64,000 bases of DNA, from positions 69,469 to 133,468 of the forward strand of contig JBEBHS010000001.1 in the NCBI GenBank assembly GCA_040080745.1, given 5' to 3'. Position numbers and translations under genes: made by a program. This document shows positions 40,601 to 48,960 of this stretch, piece after piece (positions within the stretch are counted from its first letter, which is position 1; each line of letters begins with the position of its first letter). This DNA comes from Sphingopyxis sp. GTDB taxonomy: Bacteria > Pseudomonadota > Alphaproteobacteria > Sphingomonadales > Sphingomonadaceae. Under the pieces are notes generated by a model that did no database searches, was not told the origin of the DNA, and saw only the letters and a list, made by a program, of their open reading frames with translations.

Positions 40601-41594
40601 CGCCGCCGAAATGCTGCGGCTGTTCGGCACCAACGTCACCATCCGCGCGCCGCGCGTCACGGCGCAGAACAATGCCGCGCTCGGCTCGTCATCGCCGCCC
40701 GATGTCATCATCGGCGCCTTCGCCTTTAACGGCGCGATGGCCAGCGCGGGCAACCTTGGCGCGGGCGGCACATTGTCGATCATCACGCCGGGTTCGGCAC
40801 GCGTTGTCGGCGCGGCAGAGCTGACCAATATGACCAGCGGCAACGGCTTTGCGATCCGTGCCGATCAGTCGATCGAGGTCATCCTTGGTCAAGGGTCGAT
40901 CCGCCTCGGCGGCAGCGGATCGAATGGCCTCGGCGGCATATTGACGCTGGCGTCCGAGGACATTGCGGTCGCCACCGCAAGCGCGATCAGCGACATTGCC
41001 AGCGCGCCGGACATTGCCGCCATCAACACGCGGCTGGGGCGCAACGACGGCATGACCAGCCAGGACGGCGCGCTGGTGGCCGACACGATCAACCTCAACG
41101 TGCTGAACGGCGTCTATATCCAGAACAGTGGCGCGTCGGACCGCACCAGCGACCGGCGCGGTTTCACCGCCAATGCGTTTAACATCGAAACCGAAGACAG
41201 CAGCACGCGGATCGTCATCAATGGTCGGGTCGCCAATCCAGCGGGGCTGTTGCAAACCGGCGTCGACGCCATCAGGCCGACGATGATCAATGGCGTTCCG
41301 GCCGGAGCCGGCGGCACCTTTGCCCAAGGCTCGACGATCAACGGCTGCCAGATTGCCAACCCCGCTGCGTGCCGACTGTCGTTTGATTTTGATCCGCGCG
41401 ACATCCTTCACAGCAATTTTTCGAGCACCAGGCGCGACCGCCGCCACGTCCGCAGCCGGATACTGCTCGGCCTTGGTCGCATGGCTATCCACATCCGCGA
41501 CGTCGACCAGCTGACCGATCAGCCGCTGCTCGACGAACCGATCACCGGATCGGGCAATGACGATCTGTGGATCGAGGACGGTGACGGGGAGTAA
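34605..41594 (+). CDS. filamentous-haemagglutinin-type TpsA exoprotein, glycine-repeat rich
   Basis: 2329-aa ORF with an extended leader (MRRSIMRRLLSGGAMALCLGALVAHAPAMA). TPS-domain-like N-terminus (ITVDTPQAVINWKPN, FTVLNRI, NVWFYSPGGIFVGASGVINVGSLVLTS). The true start may be a downstream Met. Confidence 0.88.
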   Translation: MVGNSRTTMMIDDQKNTATTMRRSIMRRLLSGGAMALCLGALVAHAPAMAQASTAGQAFQGTPTVAAGSATIIQTAPLDTITVDTPQAVINWKPNDTSGTGTIDFLPVGRAARFTGFGDFTVLNRIIPVDGNDIPIARMIALNGTITSDLFGQQPGGNVWFYSPGGIFVGASGVINVGSLVLTSRDINTTGGLFGPSGQIRFRDPALAGTGASRVEIANGASITAFNGVAGSSYIALVAPRIAQAGTVRVDGSVALVAAEQADIRINNGLFDINILAGSSDANGIVHSGRTGGPSGAANRAYLVAVPKNQAMTMLLSGTIGFETVSTVTVTEGGIVLSAGHNIVGGVLSDSVNGNTSANIRIGDTTFLNTLDAAATDSITARPTTSCAPVCSAASTMGQIQFRKDATLSARRLVDLSIGQAQQIIAGGNLTMRAGANGTGGSVHLSIDSNPPPSAGTSGGGLISVAGQLILDASGHGFSPNGGVALGGSAAIDIGPGQLTSASILVRANGNGDQDDGGTGANGTGGTAFVSAGVGGTITTGDMAVEANGTSTALVDTAGSGFGGTVTVEAAGGSINVTNALRIQALGVGQIGTTTSGNGTGGQASLENFSGTLTAGSTTIDASGTGGGILDQLTNPLTPNTLVGGHGTGGTATLSNNGTSNLGALAMHADGIGGESQPTNNRDTARGGNGVGGTVSLRPQSGTLTVPLANLSANGHGGSSGGTLGLTGSARGGSVNLTSFGGVMQVGVIPLVDGNLTATANADIDISDGGTVATADGGTAAISSPFGGQIIVNNQIDIQATAHAAGNIFSPLVTASGNATGGAVSLNAQAFGVIRADTVRVDTSASSANATGTAGDATGGYIELVSFGTGLLSFTGTATNRLDANGVAGSGAIGGAGHGGTVNIRAASGAIMLGAETLININGLSGASALSNPPKTATGGDLVIEVTDESGSLLTFDQIYAAMNGGRFDQSGPYQGAIGQIHGVGGTATISFGGTTRGNLLSVIANGIGVNGGDGTGGTILFDQFAGQTNLTSLTFDADGFGGDGTPGVNAGRGGNGLGGTVTSNFSGGRYSGDEIFLSARGTGGVGTMGGTAFQGPGPGPIIAGNGGQGAGGLITILIGGPTDGNAQVSIAVGLAADASAEGGAGGDVLMLAATDYTTPGHGGAAQGGVVRLTHSGNQLSDGGDAAANIALFARAVGGRGGAFGYDLSSNVLPTDASHPDGGDAHGGTVDVTLLTRAAPDFGGAYTLDTGGHGGDGGTSLTGGNGGNGIGGTSRLTVDNVDAGLVAANFLSEGTGGNGADGINGAGGNGGRGSGGLATARVDGIDGALSLLGSGFQTSGYGGRGGHGFVSLISATIPTNGGDGGQGGDGTGGTIALEANDGTLALADPNGNGVLLASRGFGGNAGNGADNSAGPAGTARTGGNAGFGGVGNGGTVTMLANGGTITSDANALSIDVEVSGFGGAGANGGAGNAVTTTDPVTGLPVTTGGAGYNTGQSYSQAGLIRLEANDSADGQGLIDLSETRLLANGSVAGRVELIDNSLGAGLSFADLNPQAYGGTSSCGDFTQCGSGIYVRSVTGAIRVDGLAELGTDGTIQIDAAGSGGLDVGGAFNTSSALLIARHTNRGAMDRTVNALSIQSVASGVIDLQSGTLFNTDGELLLSSGATVAFDQLNSDNGTIRVSALSNIVGNSARALGSAFFNAFGNGANVTLGTVRASEGDIFINAGGAVVGGNIALGKLNAAGVIDIRAATLSGATSTLSAGETIGIFTSSDAQFGTLDADESITVTAGGAITGTRATTLAGSAGIALSGVTGVNVGSVMSGGETELIADDGAIVVGNLRSSGLIRADGRSVTIAGSGGLKFSALNATAGDARVTATSGDLTVQSGTVSGTATLITQGGDLTAQNFTGNRVVLNSNATARIAGTVTAATELLLTATGAAIIDGIATGGTVRMTSGDIVIGSGGRIGTAGTTSLVDLTNGDSSVRTYIGGADQANAYSLSAAEMLRLFGTNVTIRAPRVTAQNNAALGSSSPPDVIIGAFAFNGAMASAGNLGAGGTLSIITPGSARVVGAAELTNMTSGNGFAIRADQSIEVILGQGSIRLGGSGSNGLGGILTLASEDIAVATASAISDIASAPDIAAINTRLGRNDGMTSQDGALVADTINLNVLNGVYIQNSGASDRTSDRRGFTANAFNIETEDSSTRIVINGRVANPAGLLQTGVDAIRPTMINGVPAGAGGTFAQGSTINGCQIANPAACRLSFDFDPRDILHSNFSSTRRDRRHVRSRILLGLGRMAIHIRDVDQLTDQPLLDEPITGSGNDDLWIEDGDGE

Positions 41595-41610
41595 GGCGGC
41601 GCAGACCACC

Positions 41611-41830
41611 GCGCCCCCTCGCGTGCGCTCGGGATTTCCATGCTCGGCCATCCTGCGGTGCTGACCCGAACCGGAGGATTGTGTCGTTAGGGTGCCCCTG
41701 CGCTTCGCTTCGGGATTTCCATGCTCGGCCATCCCCCGGCGCTGACCGGAACCGTAGGATTGTATCGTTAGGGTGCCCCTGCGCTTCGCTTCGGGATTTC
41801 CATGCTCGGCCATCCCCCGGATGGCCTGCG
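41611..41830. repeat. 81-bp tandem repeat, about 2.7 copies
   Basis: The core gggatttccatgctcggccatcc recurs at 41631, 41712 and 41793 (period 81). Copies 2 and 3 are nearly identical. The array ends in the hairpin ggccatcc-ccc-ggatggcc (41808-41826). Confidence 0.85.
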
Positions 41831-41838
41831 CGTGGAAA

Positions 41839-41913
41839 TGGTGGGCGCGGCAGGGATTGAACCTGCGACCCCACCCGTGTGAAGGGTGTGCTCTACCACT
41901 GAGCTACGCGCCC
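41839..41913 (-). tRNA. tRNA-Val (anticodon CAC)
   Basis: 75 nt, folded by hand. Acceptor GGGCGCG/CGCGCCC, D-arm GCTC-AGTGGTA-GAGC, anticodon arm CACCC-TTCACAC-GGGTG, T-arm GCAGG-TTCAATC-CCTGC, encoded CCA. Confidence 0.93.
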
Positions 41914-41983
41914 GCCTGGGTGGCAGACAAGCCAAGCCATGACGTGACGAGCGCCCTAATCAACCCCGCCGTCTATGGCAAGC

Positions 41984-42014
41984 AAAAGGCAGGTCACTCC
42001 AAAGAGTGCCTGCC
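41984..42014 (-). terminator. probable Rho-independent terminator of hup
   Basis: On the minus strand: ggcaggcactc-tttg-gagtgacctgcc followed by ttttgcttg, about 50 nt after the hup stop. Confidence 0.6.
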
Positions 42015-42061
42015 CATTGCCCCATGAAAGGTGGCTGACCGCGCGGCCAACCCGCTTCACA

Positions 42062-42334
42062 TCAGTTGACCGCGTCTTTCAGGCCCTTGCCAGCCTTGAA
42101 CTTCGGCTGGGTCGATGCCTTGATGGTCATCGCTTCGCCGGTGCGCGGATTGCGACCGGTCGAAGCCTTGCGCTTGGTGACCGAGAAGGTGCCAAAACCG
42201 ACCAGACGGACATCGCCGCCCTTTTTCAATTCGCCGGTGATGGCATCGAAAACGGCGTCAACGGCCTTGGCCGCATCACCTTTGGTAAGGCCGGTGTGAT
42301 CTGCAACCGATCCGACTAGTTCCTGCTTGTTCAT
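42062..42334 (-). CDS. hup: HU-family DNA-binding protein
   Basis: 90-aa ORF with MNKQELV...GFGTFSV..R.ARTGRNPRTGE-type signature. Conserved lon-hup-tRNA-Val context. Confidence 0.96.
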   Translation of the reverse strand: MNKQELVGSVADHTGLTKGDAAKAVDAVFDAITGELKKGGDVRLVGFGTFSVTKRKASTGRNPRTGEAMTIKASTQPKFKAGKGLKDAVN

Positions 42335-42525
42335 GCTGAAGGATTCCCCTTAATTCGAATATCATTATGACTCGACGTGAAGTCGCACCGCAATAAGGAC
42401 GTTTTGCAAGGCGTTGTCAAAGGCAAAAATCGTAGAAATCAGCCCATCCCATGTCATTGTAATAATATGCATGTGTGCGCGGCCAATATCGCACAGATAT
42501 TACGCATTGTGGCGCGATTCCCCCG

Positions 42526-44928
42526 CTAATGCCGGACCGGCACCCCGCCATCACCTGCGCTTGGCGGCGCAATCGACGCCAAATCATCGGCCTCGCTCCA
42601 TTCGATCGGCGTCACACCCTTGGTTAACGCGATCCGCAGCACGTCATCGACGTGCCAAACTGGGACAATCGTCAACGCATCCTTCACGGCTTCGGGGATT
42701 TCGGCCAAATCTTTCTCATTATCACCGGGGATAAGAACGGTGGTGATGTTGCCGCGCTGAGCCGCCAGCAATTTCTCCTTGAGCCCGCCAATCGGCAAAA
42801 CCCGCCCGCGCAGCGTTACCTCGCCGGTCATCGCCACGTCGCGACGCACCGCGATGCCGGTCAGCGTCGAAACCATCGCCGTCACCATGCCGACGCCGGC
42901 CGATGGTCCGTCCTTGGGCACCGCGCCTTCGGGCAAGTGGATGTGGATGTCCTTGCGCTGGAACAGGCTGGGTTTGATGCCAAAGCTGGGCGCGCGCGAT
43001 TTGACAAAACTCATCGCCGCCTGGATCGATTCGGTCATGACATCGCCCAGCTTGCCGGTGGTGCGCACCTGCCCCTTGCCCGGCACCGTCACCGCTTCGA
43101 TGGTCAGCAATTCGCCGCCAACCTCGGTCCACGCCAGGCCGGTGACCGCGCCGATCTGGTCCTCGGCCTCGCCAACGCCAAAGCGATATTTCTGCACGCC
43201 GGCAAACGCGCCCAGATTATCCGGCGTCACGGTGATACTGGTCGCCTTGCCCTCAAGGATGCGGCGCAGCACCTTGCGCGCCAGCCGCGCGATTTCGCGC
43301 TCCAGCGTGCGCACCCCGGCCTCGCGCGTGTAATAGCGGATAAGGTCGCGCAGCGCCGCATCATCAAGCGCGAACTCGCCGGCTTTGAGCCCGTGTGCCT
43401 CGATCTGCTTGGGCAGCAAATGCCGCTTGGCGATCTCGATCTTTTCGACCTCGGTATAGCCTTCGAGCCGGATAATCTCCATCCGGTCGAGCAGCGCCTG
43501 CGGCAGGTTGAGGCTGTTGGCGGTGGTGACGAACATGACGTTCGACAGGTCCATATCGAGTTCGAGATAATGATCCTGAAACTTGCCATTCTGTTCGGGG
43601 TCGAGCACTTCGAGCAGAGCCGAGGCGGGGTCCCCGCGATAATCCTGCCCCAATTTGTCGATTTCATCGAGCAGAAACAGCGGGTTCATCGTTTCCGCCC
43701 GTTTGAGATTGGCGACAATCTTGCCAGGCATCGAACCGATATAGGTGCGGCGATGGCCGCGGATTTCGGCCTCGTCACGCACCCCGCCCAGCGACTGGCG
43801 GACGAACTTGCGCCCCGTCGCGCGCGCGATCGAGCGGCCCAGCGAGGTTTTACCAACCCCGGGCGGGCCGACCAGGCACAATATCGGGCCCTTCAGCTTG
43901 TTGGTGCGCGCCTGCACCGCCAGATATTCGACGATCCGTTCCTTGACTTTCTCCAGCCCGAAATGGTCCTCATCGAGAATCGTCTGCGCGTCGGCGATGT
44001 TGCGGTTCAGCTTGGACGCCTTGCCCCACGGCACGCCGAGCAACGCATCGAGATAGTTGCGCACCACCGTCGATTCCGCCGACATTGGGGCCATGCCGCT
44101 CAGCTTCTTATATTCGCTCAGCGCGCGGGTGCGCACCTCCTTGGGCATTTTTGCCTTGTCGATCCGCGTCATCAACTCGGCCAGCTCGTCCTCGCCATCG
44201 CCGTCCGGCCCCTCGCCGCCCAGTTCGCGCTTGATCGCCTTCATCTGCTCGTTGAGATAATATTCGCGCTGGGTCTTTTCCATCTGGCGTTTCACCCGCC
44301 CGCGAACGCGCTTGTCGACCTGCAGCGCGCCAAGCTCGTCGGCCATCAGTTCGAGCAGGCGTTCGATCCGTTTGACGACATCGCGCTGCTCAAGCAGCGT
44401 CTGTTTTTCTGAAACGCGAATGTTGAGGTTGGCGGCTATCGCATCGGCCAGCGGTCCCGCCCGGTCAATCTGTTCGATCTGTGCGAGCGTTTCGGGCGGA
44501 AGCCGCTTGTTGAGCTTGGCATAGTCGCCAAACTGCGCGACGGTCGAACGCACCAGCGCCGACAGGTCATCGCTCTCACCTGTCACATCGTCCAGCGTTG
44601 CCACCTGCGCATTGATCACCGCGCCGTCATCATCGAGCGACACGAGCGACGCGCGTTCTGCCCCCTCAATCAGCACGCGCACCGTGCCATCGGGCAGTTT
44701 GAGCATCTGCAGCACGCTCGCCACCACGCCAACCGGATACAGGTCCGCCGCGCCAGGGTCATCGACCGCCGGGTCAATCTGCGACACGAGGAAGATGCTC
44801 TTGTCGCCCGCCATCGCGCGTTCTAGCGCGGCAACAGATTTATCGCGCCCGACGAACAGCGGCACCACCATTGACGGAAAAACAACAATGTCGCGCAGCG
44901 GCAATAATGGAAGGGTCAGCGTCATCAT
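42526..44928 (-). CDS. lon: ATP-dependent Lon protease
   Basis: 800-aa ORF with Walker [10 protein letters not shown] and catalytic Ser in PKDGPSAG. N-terminal [13 protein letters not shown]. Confidence 0.98.
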   Translation of the reverse strand: MMTLTLPLLPLRDIVVFPSMVVPLFVGRDKSVAALERAMAGDKSIFLVSQIDPAVDDPGAADLYPVGVVASVLQMLKLPDGTVRVLIEGAERASLVSLDDDGAVINAQVATLDDVTGESDDLSALVRSTVAQFGDYAKLNKRLPPETLAQIEQIDRAGPLADAIAANLNIRVSEKQTLLEQRDVVKRIERLLELMADELGALQVDKRVRGRVKRQMEKTQREYYLNEQMKAIKRELGGEGPDGDGEDELAELMTRIDKAKMPKEVRTRALSEYKKLSGMAPMSAESTVVRNYLDALLGVPWGKASKLNRNIADAQTILDEDHFGLEKVKERIVEYLAVQARTNKLKGPILCLVGPPGVGKTSLGRSIARATGRKFVRQSLGGVRDEAEIRGHRRTYIGSMPGKIVANLKRAETMNPLFLLDEIDKLGQDYRGDPASALLEVLDPEQNGKFQDHYLELDMDLSNVMFVTTANSLNLPQALLDRMEIIRLEGYTEVEKIEIAKRHLLPKQIEAHGLKAGEFALDDAALRDLIRYYTREAGVRTLEREIARLARKVLRRILEGKATSITVTPDNLGAFAGVQKYRFGVGEAEDQIGAVTGLAWTEVGGELLTIEAVTVPGKGQVRTTGKLGDVMTESIQAAMSFVKSRAPSFGIKPSLFQRKDIHIHLPEGAVPKDGPSAGVGMVTAMVSTLTGIAVRRDVAMTGEVTLRGRVLPIGGLKEKLLAAQRGNITTVLIPGDNEKDLAEIPEAVKDALTIVPVWHVDDVLRIALTKGVTPIEWSEADDLASIAPPSAGDGGVPVRH

Positions 44929-44978
44929 ATCTCCGTCGGCGCGTTTATCGCCGCGCCACCATAGCGTTTAGACAAAGC

Positions 44979-45007
44979 AAATGGGGATGGCGATGGCCTG
45001 CGTCAAG
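44979..45007 (-). promoter_or_regulatory. sigma-32 (RpoH)-type heat-shock promoter candidate for lon
   Basis: The minus strand reads CTTGAC-N15-CCCCATTT, close to the CTTGAA-N13-15-CCCCATNT consensus. The -10 element is about 50 nt upstream of the lon ATG. Confidence 0.55.
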
Positions 45008-45049
45008 CTTTGGCTGGGGACCGGGCGTTTCGCCTGAGGGGTCGAGGTC

Positions 45050-45745
45050 CTAACGCGCCGCGGCTATCGCTTGATTGAGTTCAGCCACAGCATATTCGCC
45101 GCCGCGCGCGTCGTCCCACACGGCCGATGATACCGCGATAAAATCGGCCCCCGAGCGCACCAGCGGCGCACAGTTCGCGGCATTGATGCCGCCTATCGCG
45201 ACGCACGCGATTTCCGACACCGTCGTCCACCAGCCGAGCAGCGGGGCTTGCGCGAAATGCACGACCGGCTTGGTCGTGGTCGGGTAAAAGGCCCCGAACG
45301 CGACATAATCCGCCCCCGCCTCGCCCGCCTCCATCGCCAGATGGCGGCTGTTGTGACAGGTCACGCCTACTTGCGCATCGCGCCCCAATAGCACGCGCGC
45401 ATCGCGCGGGTCGCCGTCACCCTGCCCCAAATGAACGCCATCCGCGCCCAATCGTTTGGCCAGCGCCATATCGTCGTTGATAATGAAAGCGACGTCGGCA
45501 TCGGCGCAGATCCGCTGGAGCGGTTCGGCCAACCGTGCGGCTTCGTGCTGATCGACGCCTTTGACGCGAAACTGGAACGCCGCAACCGGCCCGCCGTTCA
45601 GCGCAGCCTTGAGCCGGTCAGCAAAAGCCCCGCCCACATCGAGCGGCGAAACAAGGTAGAGCTGGCACGCCGGGCGAAATTGTTCGCCAAAGCGCGCGGC
45701 GAAATCGGGGTCAAGCGCTAGACCATTATCATCTGGGTCGATCAT
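45050..45745 (-). CDS. thiE: thiamine-phosphate synthase
   Basis: 231-aa TIM-barrel ORF with FIINDDMALAKRLGADGVHLGQ and IGGINAAN motifs. Confidence 0.85.
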   Translation of the reverse strand: MIDPDDNGLALDPDFAARFGEQFRPACQLYLVSPLDVGGAFADRLKAALNGGPVAAFQFRVKGVDQHEAARLAEPLQRICADADVAFIINDDMALAKRLGADGVHLGQGDGDPRDARVLLGRDAQVGVTCHNSRHLAMEAGEAGADYVAFGAFYPTTTKPVVHFAQAPLLGWWTTVSEIACVAIGGINAANCAPLVRSGADFIAVSSAVWDDARGGEYAVAELNQAIAAAR

Positions 45746-46650
45746 TCCTCGCCTTTATAGATCCGCACCAGCTTGTCGAGCATCGCGAGCGCATCGGCGC
45801 GCGGGCGCTGGAAGGTGTTGCGACCGATGATCGAGCCATTGCCGCCGCCATCGCGGATGTCGCGCGCGTCCTGATAGACGGCGTCGATGCCCTTGGCCGC
45901 GCCGCCCGAGAAGATGATGATCCGCCGCGCGTTAAACGCGCACTGCACCATATGCGCGACGCGCATTGCCTGGTTCGATGTGTCAAGCGCGGCATAAGCG
46001 GGCTTCGCGTCACCCTGTTCGATATGGTCGCTCGGCAATTTGACCTTGATGATGTGCGCGCCCAACAGCGCCGCCATATGCGCGGCATAGGCCCCGACAT
46101 CGAGCGCCAATTCGCCCGATTTCGGCAACATCCCGCCGCGCGGATAGGACCACAGCACGCTCGCCAGCCCCGCCATTTTGGCCTCGCGCGACAGTTCGCG
46201 AAACTCCTCCATCATATCAAAGCAATCGTCGCTGCCGGGATAGATAGTGAATCCGATGGCCGCGCAGCCCAGCCGCAGCGCATCGGCGACGCTCGCGGTC
46301 ACCGCCGAATTGGCTCCACCAGCCCAGCTGTTTGAACTGTTGAGTTTGAGGATGGTCGGGACTTGCCCCGCAAATGTCTCCGCTCCCGCCTCGAGCATCC
46401 CCAGCGGCGCGGCATAGGCATTGAGGCCGGCATCGATTGCCAGCTGGTAATGGTAATGCGGGTCATAGGCTGCCGGATTGACCGCAAAGCTGCGCGCGGG
46501 GCCGTGTTCAAACCCCTGGTCGACGGGCAGGATGATCATCTTGCCGCTCCCGCCCAGCCGCCCGTGCATCAACATCCGGTGGAGGTTGGCCTTCACCTCG
46601 GTCGGGGTCGCTTCATAACGGTCGAGGATGGCTGTGACGATGGCGGACAT
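45742..46650 (-). CDS. class I fructose-bisphosphate aldolase (DeoC/FbaB-like)
   Basis: 302-aa ORF with ILPVDQGFEHGP and IIKVKLP (Schiff-base Lys region). It sits in the glycolytic cluster with pgk and gap. Confidence 0.85.
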   Translation of the reverse strand: MSAIVTAILDRYEATPTEVKANLHRMLMHGRLGGSGKMIILPVDQGFEHGPARSFAVNPAAYDPHYHYQLAIDAGLNAYAAPLGMLEAGAETFAGQVPTILKLNSSNSWAGGANSAVTASVADALRLGCAAIGFTIYPGSDDCFDMMEEFRELSREAKMAGLASVLWSYPRGGMLPKSGELALDVGAYAAHMAALLGAHIIKVKLPSDHIEQGDAKPAYAALDTSNQAMRVAHMVQCAFNARRIIIFSGGAAKGIDAVYQDARDIRDGGGNGSIIGRNTFQRPRADALAMLDKLVRIYKGEE

Positions 46651-46738
46651 GGCGGCTCCAGTTCAGCAATAGGCATTCGAATGCGTAACCAAGTGGAAGC
46701 GCCCATAATCACAGTTGACGATGCTGGCAACCGCTTGA

Positions 46739-47935
46739 TTAGCGCATCAAGGCGGCGACGCCGGGCAGCGCGCGCCCTTCCATCCATTCGAGGAACGCGC
46801 CGCCAGCGGTCGAGACAAAGCTGAAATCATGCGCAACGCCCGCATGATGGAGTGCGGCCACCGTATCGCCGCCGCCTGCGACCGACACCAGCGATCCATC
46901 GCGGGTCAGCGCCGCTGCGGTGCGCGCCAACGCCACCGTCGCCGCGTCGAACGGCGGGGTTTCAAACGCGCCCAATGGCCCGTTCCACACCAGCGTGCGG
47001 CATGTTTTCAGCACATCGGCTAGTGCCTCAACCGCCGCCGGGCCGATGTCGAGGATCATCTCGTCCGCCGCAACTTCGTGGACATTGCAGATGCGCGTTG
47101 GCGGATTTGCGCGGAATTCGCGTGACGTCACGACGTCATAGGGCAGATGGATGGTGCACGCGGCCGCCTCCGCCGCATCAAATATCGCATGGGCGGTGGC
47201 GATCAGATCATGCTCGCACAGCGACTTGCCAACATCGACGCCGCGCGCCGCCAGGAAGCTATTGGCCATGCCGCCGCCGATAATCAGATGATCGACGCGG
47301 GCGACCAGATGGCGCAGCACGTCGATTTTTGACGAGACCTTGGCCCCGCCGACCACCGCCGCGACCGGATGCGCCGGATTGCCGAGCGCGGCATCGAGCG
47401 CACGCAGTTCCGCCTCCATCGCGCGGCCGGCAAAGGCGGGCAGGACATGCGCCAGTCCTTCGGTCGAGGCATGCGCGCGGTGCGCGGCGGAAAAGGCGTC
47501 GTTGACGTAACGGTCGCCGAGCAGCGCCATTTGCGCGGTAAACGCCGCGTCATTCGCTTCCTCACCGCTGTGAAAGCGCGTGTTTTCGAGCAGGGTGATC
47601 GAGCCATTGAGCAGCGCGCGCGTCTGATCGGCGATGGCCTCTCCCGCGCAGTCATCGAAAAAACCGACCTCGCGCCCCAGCACCGCAGCCAGCACCGGCG
47701 CAATCGGGCGCAGCGACATCGCCGGATCGACCTGCCCCTTTGGTCGTCCAAAATGCGATAATATCAATACTTTGGCGTTGCTATCTGCCAATTCACATAA
47801 AGTTTCGCGCGCCGCCTCCAGCCGTGTCACATCAGAAACAGCACCATCCGCCATCGGCACATTGGCATCGATGCGGACCAGCACGCGCTGTGCGGCAACA
47901 TCACCGATATCGTCGAGCGAGCGAAACCCAGCCAT
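46739..47935 (-). CDS. pgk: phosphoglycerate kinase
   Basis: 398-aa ORF with RIDANVP, SHFGRPKG and GGGDT motifs. Confidence 0.97.
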   Translation of the reverse strand: MAGFRSLDDIGDVAAQRVLVRIDANVPMADGAVSDVTRLEAARETLCELADSNAKVLILSHFGRPKGQVDPAMSLRPIAPVLAAVLGREVGFFDDCAGEAIADQTRALLNGSITLLENTRFHSGEEANDAAFTAQMALLGDRYVNDAFSAAHRAHASTEGLAHVLPAFAGRAMEAELRALDAALGNPAHPVAAVVGGAKVSSKIDVLRHLVARVDHLIIGGGMANSFLAARGVDVGKSLCEHDLIATAHAIFDAAEAAACTIHLPYDVVTSREFRANPPTRICNVHEVAADEMILDIGPAAVEALADVLKTCRTLVWNGPLGAFETPPFDAATVALARTAAALTRDGSLVSVAGGGDTVAALHHAGVAHDFSFVSTAGGAFLEWMEGRALPGVAALMR

Positions 47936-47938
47936 CGG

Positions 47939-48946
47939 TCAGATCAGCCCGGCCATCACGCCCGCGGTATCGACCATGCGGTTGGAAAAACCCCATTCAT
48001 TGTCATACCAGGACAGGACGCGGACCAATTTGCCGTCGATCACCGCGGTTTCCAGGCTGTCGATGGTCGAACTGGCCGGGCAATGATTATAATCGATCGA
48101 CACCAGCGGCTCGTCCGAATAGGCCAATACACCCTTGAACGCGCCGTCCGCCGCCGCTTTCAGTAGCGCGTTGACCTCTTCGCGGGTCGTGTCGCGGCCC
48201 GGCGTGAAGGTCAGGTCGACGATGCTGACATTGGGGGTCGGCACGCGGATCGCCGAGCCGTCGAGCTTGCCCTTAAGCTCGGGCAGCACCTCGCCGACCG
48301 CACGCGCAGCCCCGGTGGTGGTCGGGATCATCGACATCGCGGCGGCGCGCGCGCGGCGCATATCGCCGTGGATCTGGTCGAGGATTTTCTGATCGTTGGT
48401 GTAGCTGTGGATCGTGGTCATCAGCCCGCGCTCGATACCGATCGCATCGTTGAGCACTTTGGCCAGCGGAGCCAGGCAATTGGTGGTGCAACTGGCGTTG
48501 GAAACGATCGTATCGTCGGCGGTCAGGACAGCGTGATTGACGCCATAAACCACTGTCCGGTCAACGTTTTTGCCCGGAGCAGAGATCAGCACCCGTTTGG
48601 CCCCGGCGGTGATATGCTTGCCCGCAGCGTCGCGGTCGGTGAAAAATCCGGTGCATTCGAGCGCGATATCCACCCCCATCGCACCGTGCGGCAGGCTGGC
48701 GGGGTCGCGCTCCGCCGTGACGGCAATCCGCCTGCCATTGACCACCATCGCGTCGCCATCGGCGTGCACCTCGCCCGGAAAGGCACCGTGGACGCTGTCG
48801 CGCTTGAACAGCAGCGCATTCGACCTGGCATCGGCCAGATCGTTGATCGCCACCAGTTCAAGATCATGGTCGTTGCGTTCCAATATCGCGCGTGCGACCA
48901 GCCGCCCGATACGCCCGAAACCGTTGATTGCAACTTTAGTCGCCAT
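47939..48946 (-). CDS. gap: glyceraldehyde-3-phosphate dehydrogenase
   Basis: 335-aa ORF with INGFGRIGR and the active-site SNASCTTNC. Confidence 0.97.
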   Translation of the reverse strand: MATKVAINGFGRIGRLVARAILERNDHDLELVAINDLADARSNALLFKRDSVHGAFPGEVHADGDAMVVNGRRIAVTAERDPASLPHGAMGVDIALECTGFFTDRDAAGKHITAGAKRVLISAPGKNVDRTVVYGVNHAVLTADDTIVSNASCTTNCLAPLAKVLNDAIGIERGLMTTIHSYTNDQKILDQIHGDMRRARAAAMSMIPTTTGAARAVGEVLPELKGKLDGSAIRVPTPNVSIVDLTFTPGRDTTREEVNALLKAAADGAFKGVLAYSDEPLVSIDYNHCPASSTIDSLETAVIDGKLVRVLSWYDNEWGFSNRMVDTAGVMAGLI

Positions 48947-48960
48947 GACAGGTTCTCCTC

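Noticed and set aside
34605-41594. CdiA-type contact-dependent inhibition toxin with an immunity gene
   Set aside because: No VENN or other pretoxin-like motif is visible in the translation. There is no small immunity-like ORF downstream, since the repeat array and tRNA follow immediately.
34311-41813. Series of long minus-strand ORFs (34311-35465, 36111-37298, 38589-39548, 39614-40564, 40689-41813)
   Set aside because: All are antisense to the TpsA gene, whose N-terminal TPS domain and leader support the plus-strand frame. The translations are Arg/Ala/Gly-rich and non-descript. The last one is propped open by the 81-bp repeat.
41808-41826. Hairpin ggccatcc-ccc-ggatggcc as a bidirectional Rho-independent terminator for tpsA and tRNA-Val
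   Set aside because: The stem is perfect, but no T/A-rich tract follows on either strand, so it was not called as a terminator. It is mentioned only as part of the repeat array.
41611-41830. Possible CRISPR array
   Set aside because: The repeats are contiguous 81-bp units with no unique spacers between them, and no cas genes are nearby. This is a tandem repeat, not a CRISPR array.
26828-41913. Genomic island integrated at tRNA-Val carrying the TCS and CHAT-TPS genes
   Set aside because: There is no integrase, transposase or phage gene. I could find no direct repeat of the tRNA 3' end at a distal boundary, and no obvious compositional break by eye. lon-hup-tRNA-Val is a conserved core context. 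The idea remains possible but is unsupported from this window.
42652-44412. 586-aa ORF on the plus strand
   Set aside because: It is antisense to lon, has shadow-frame composition and has no recognisable domain.
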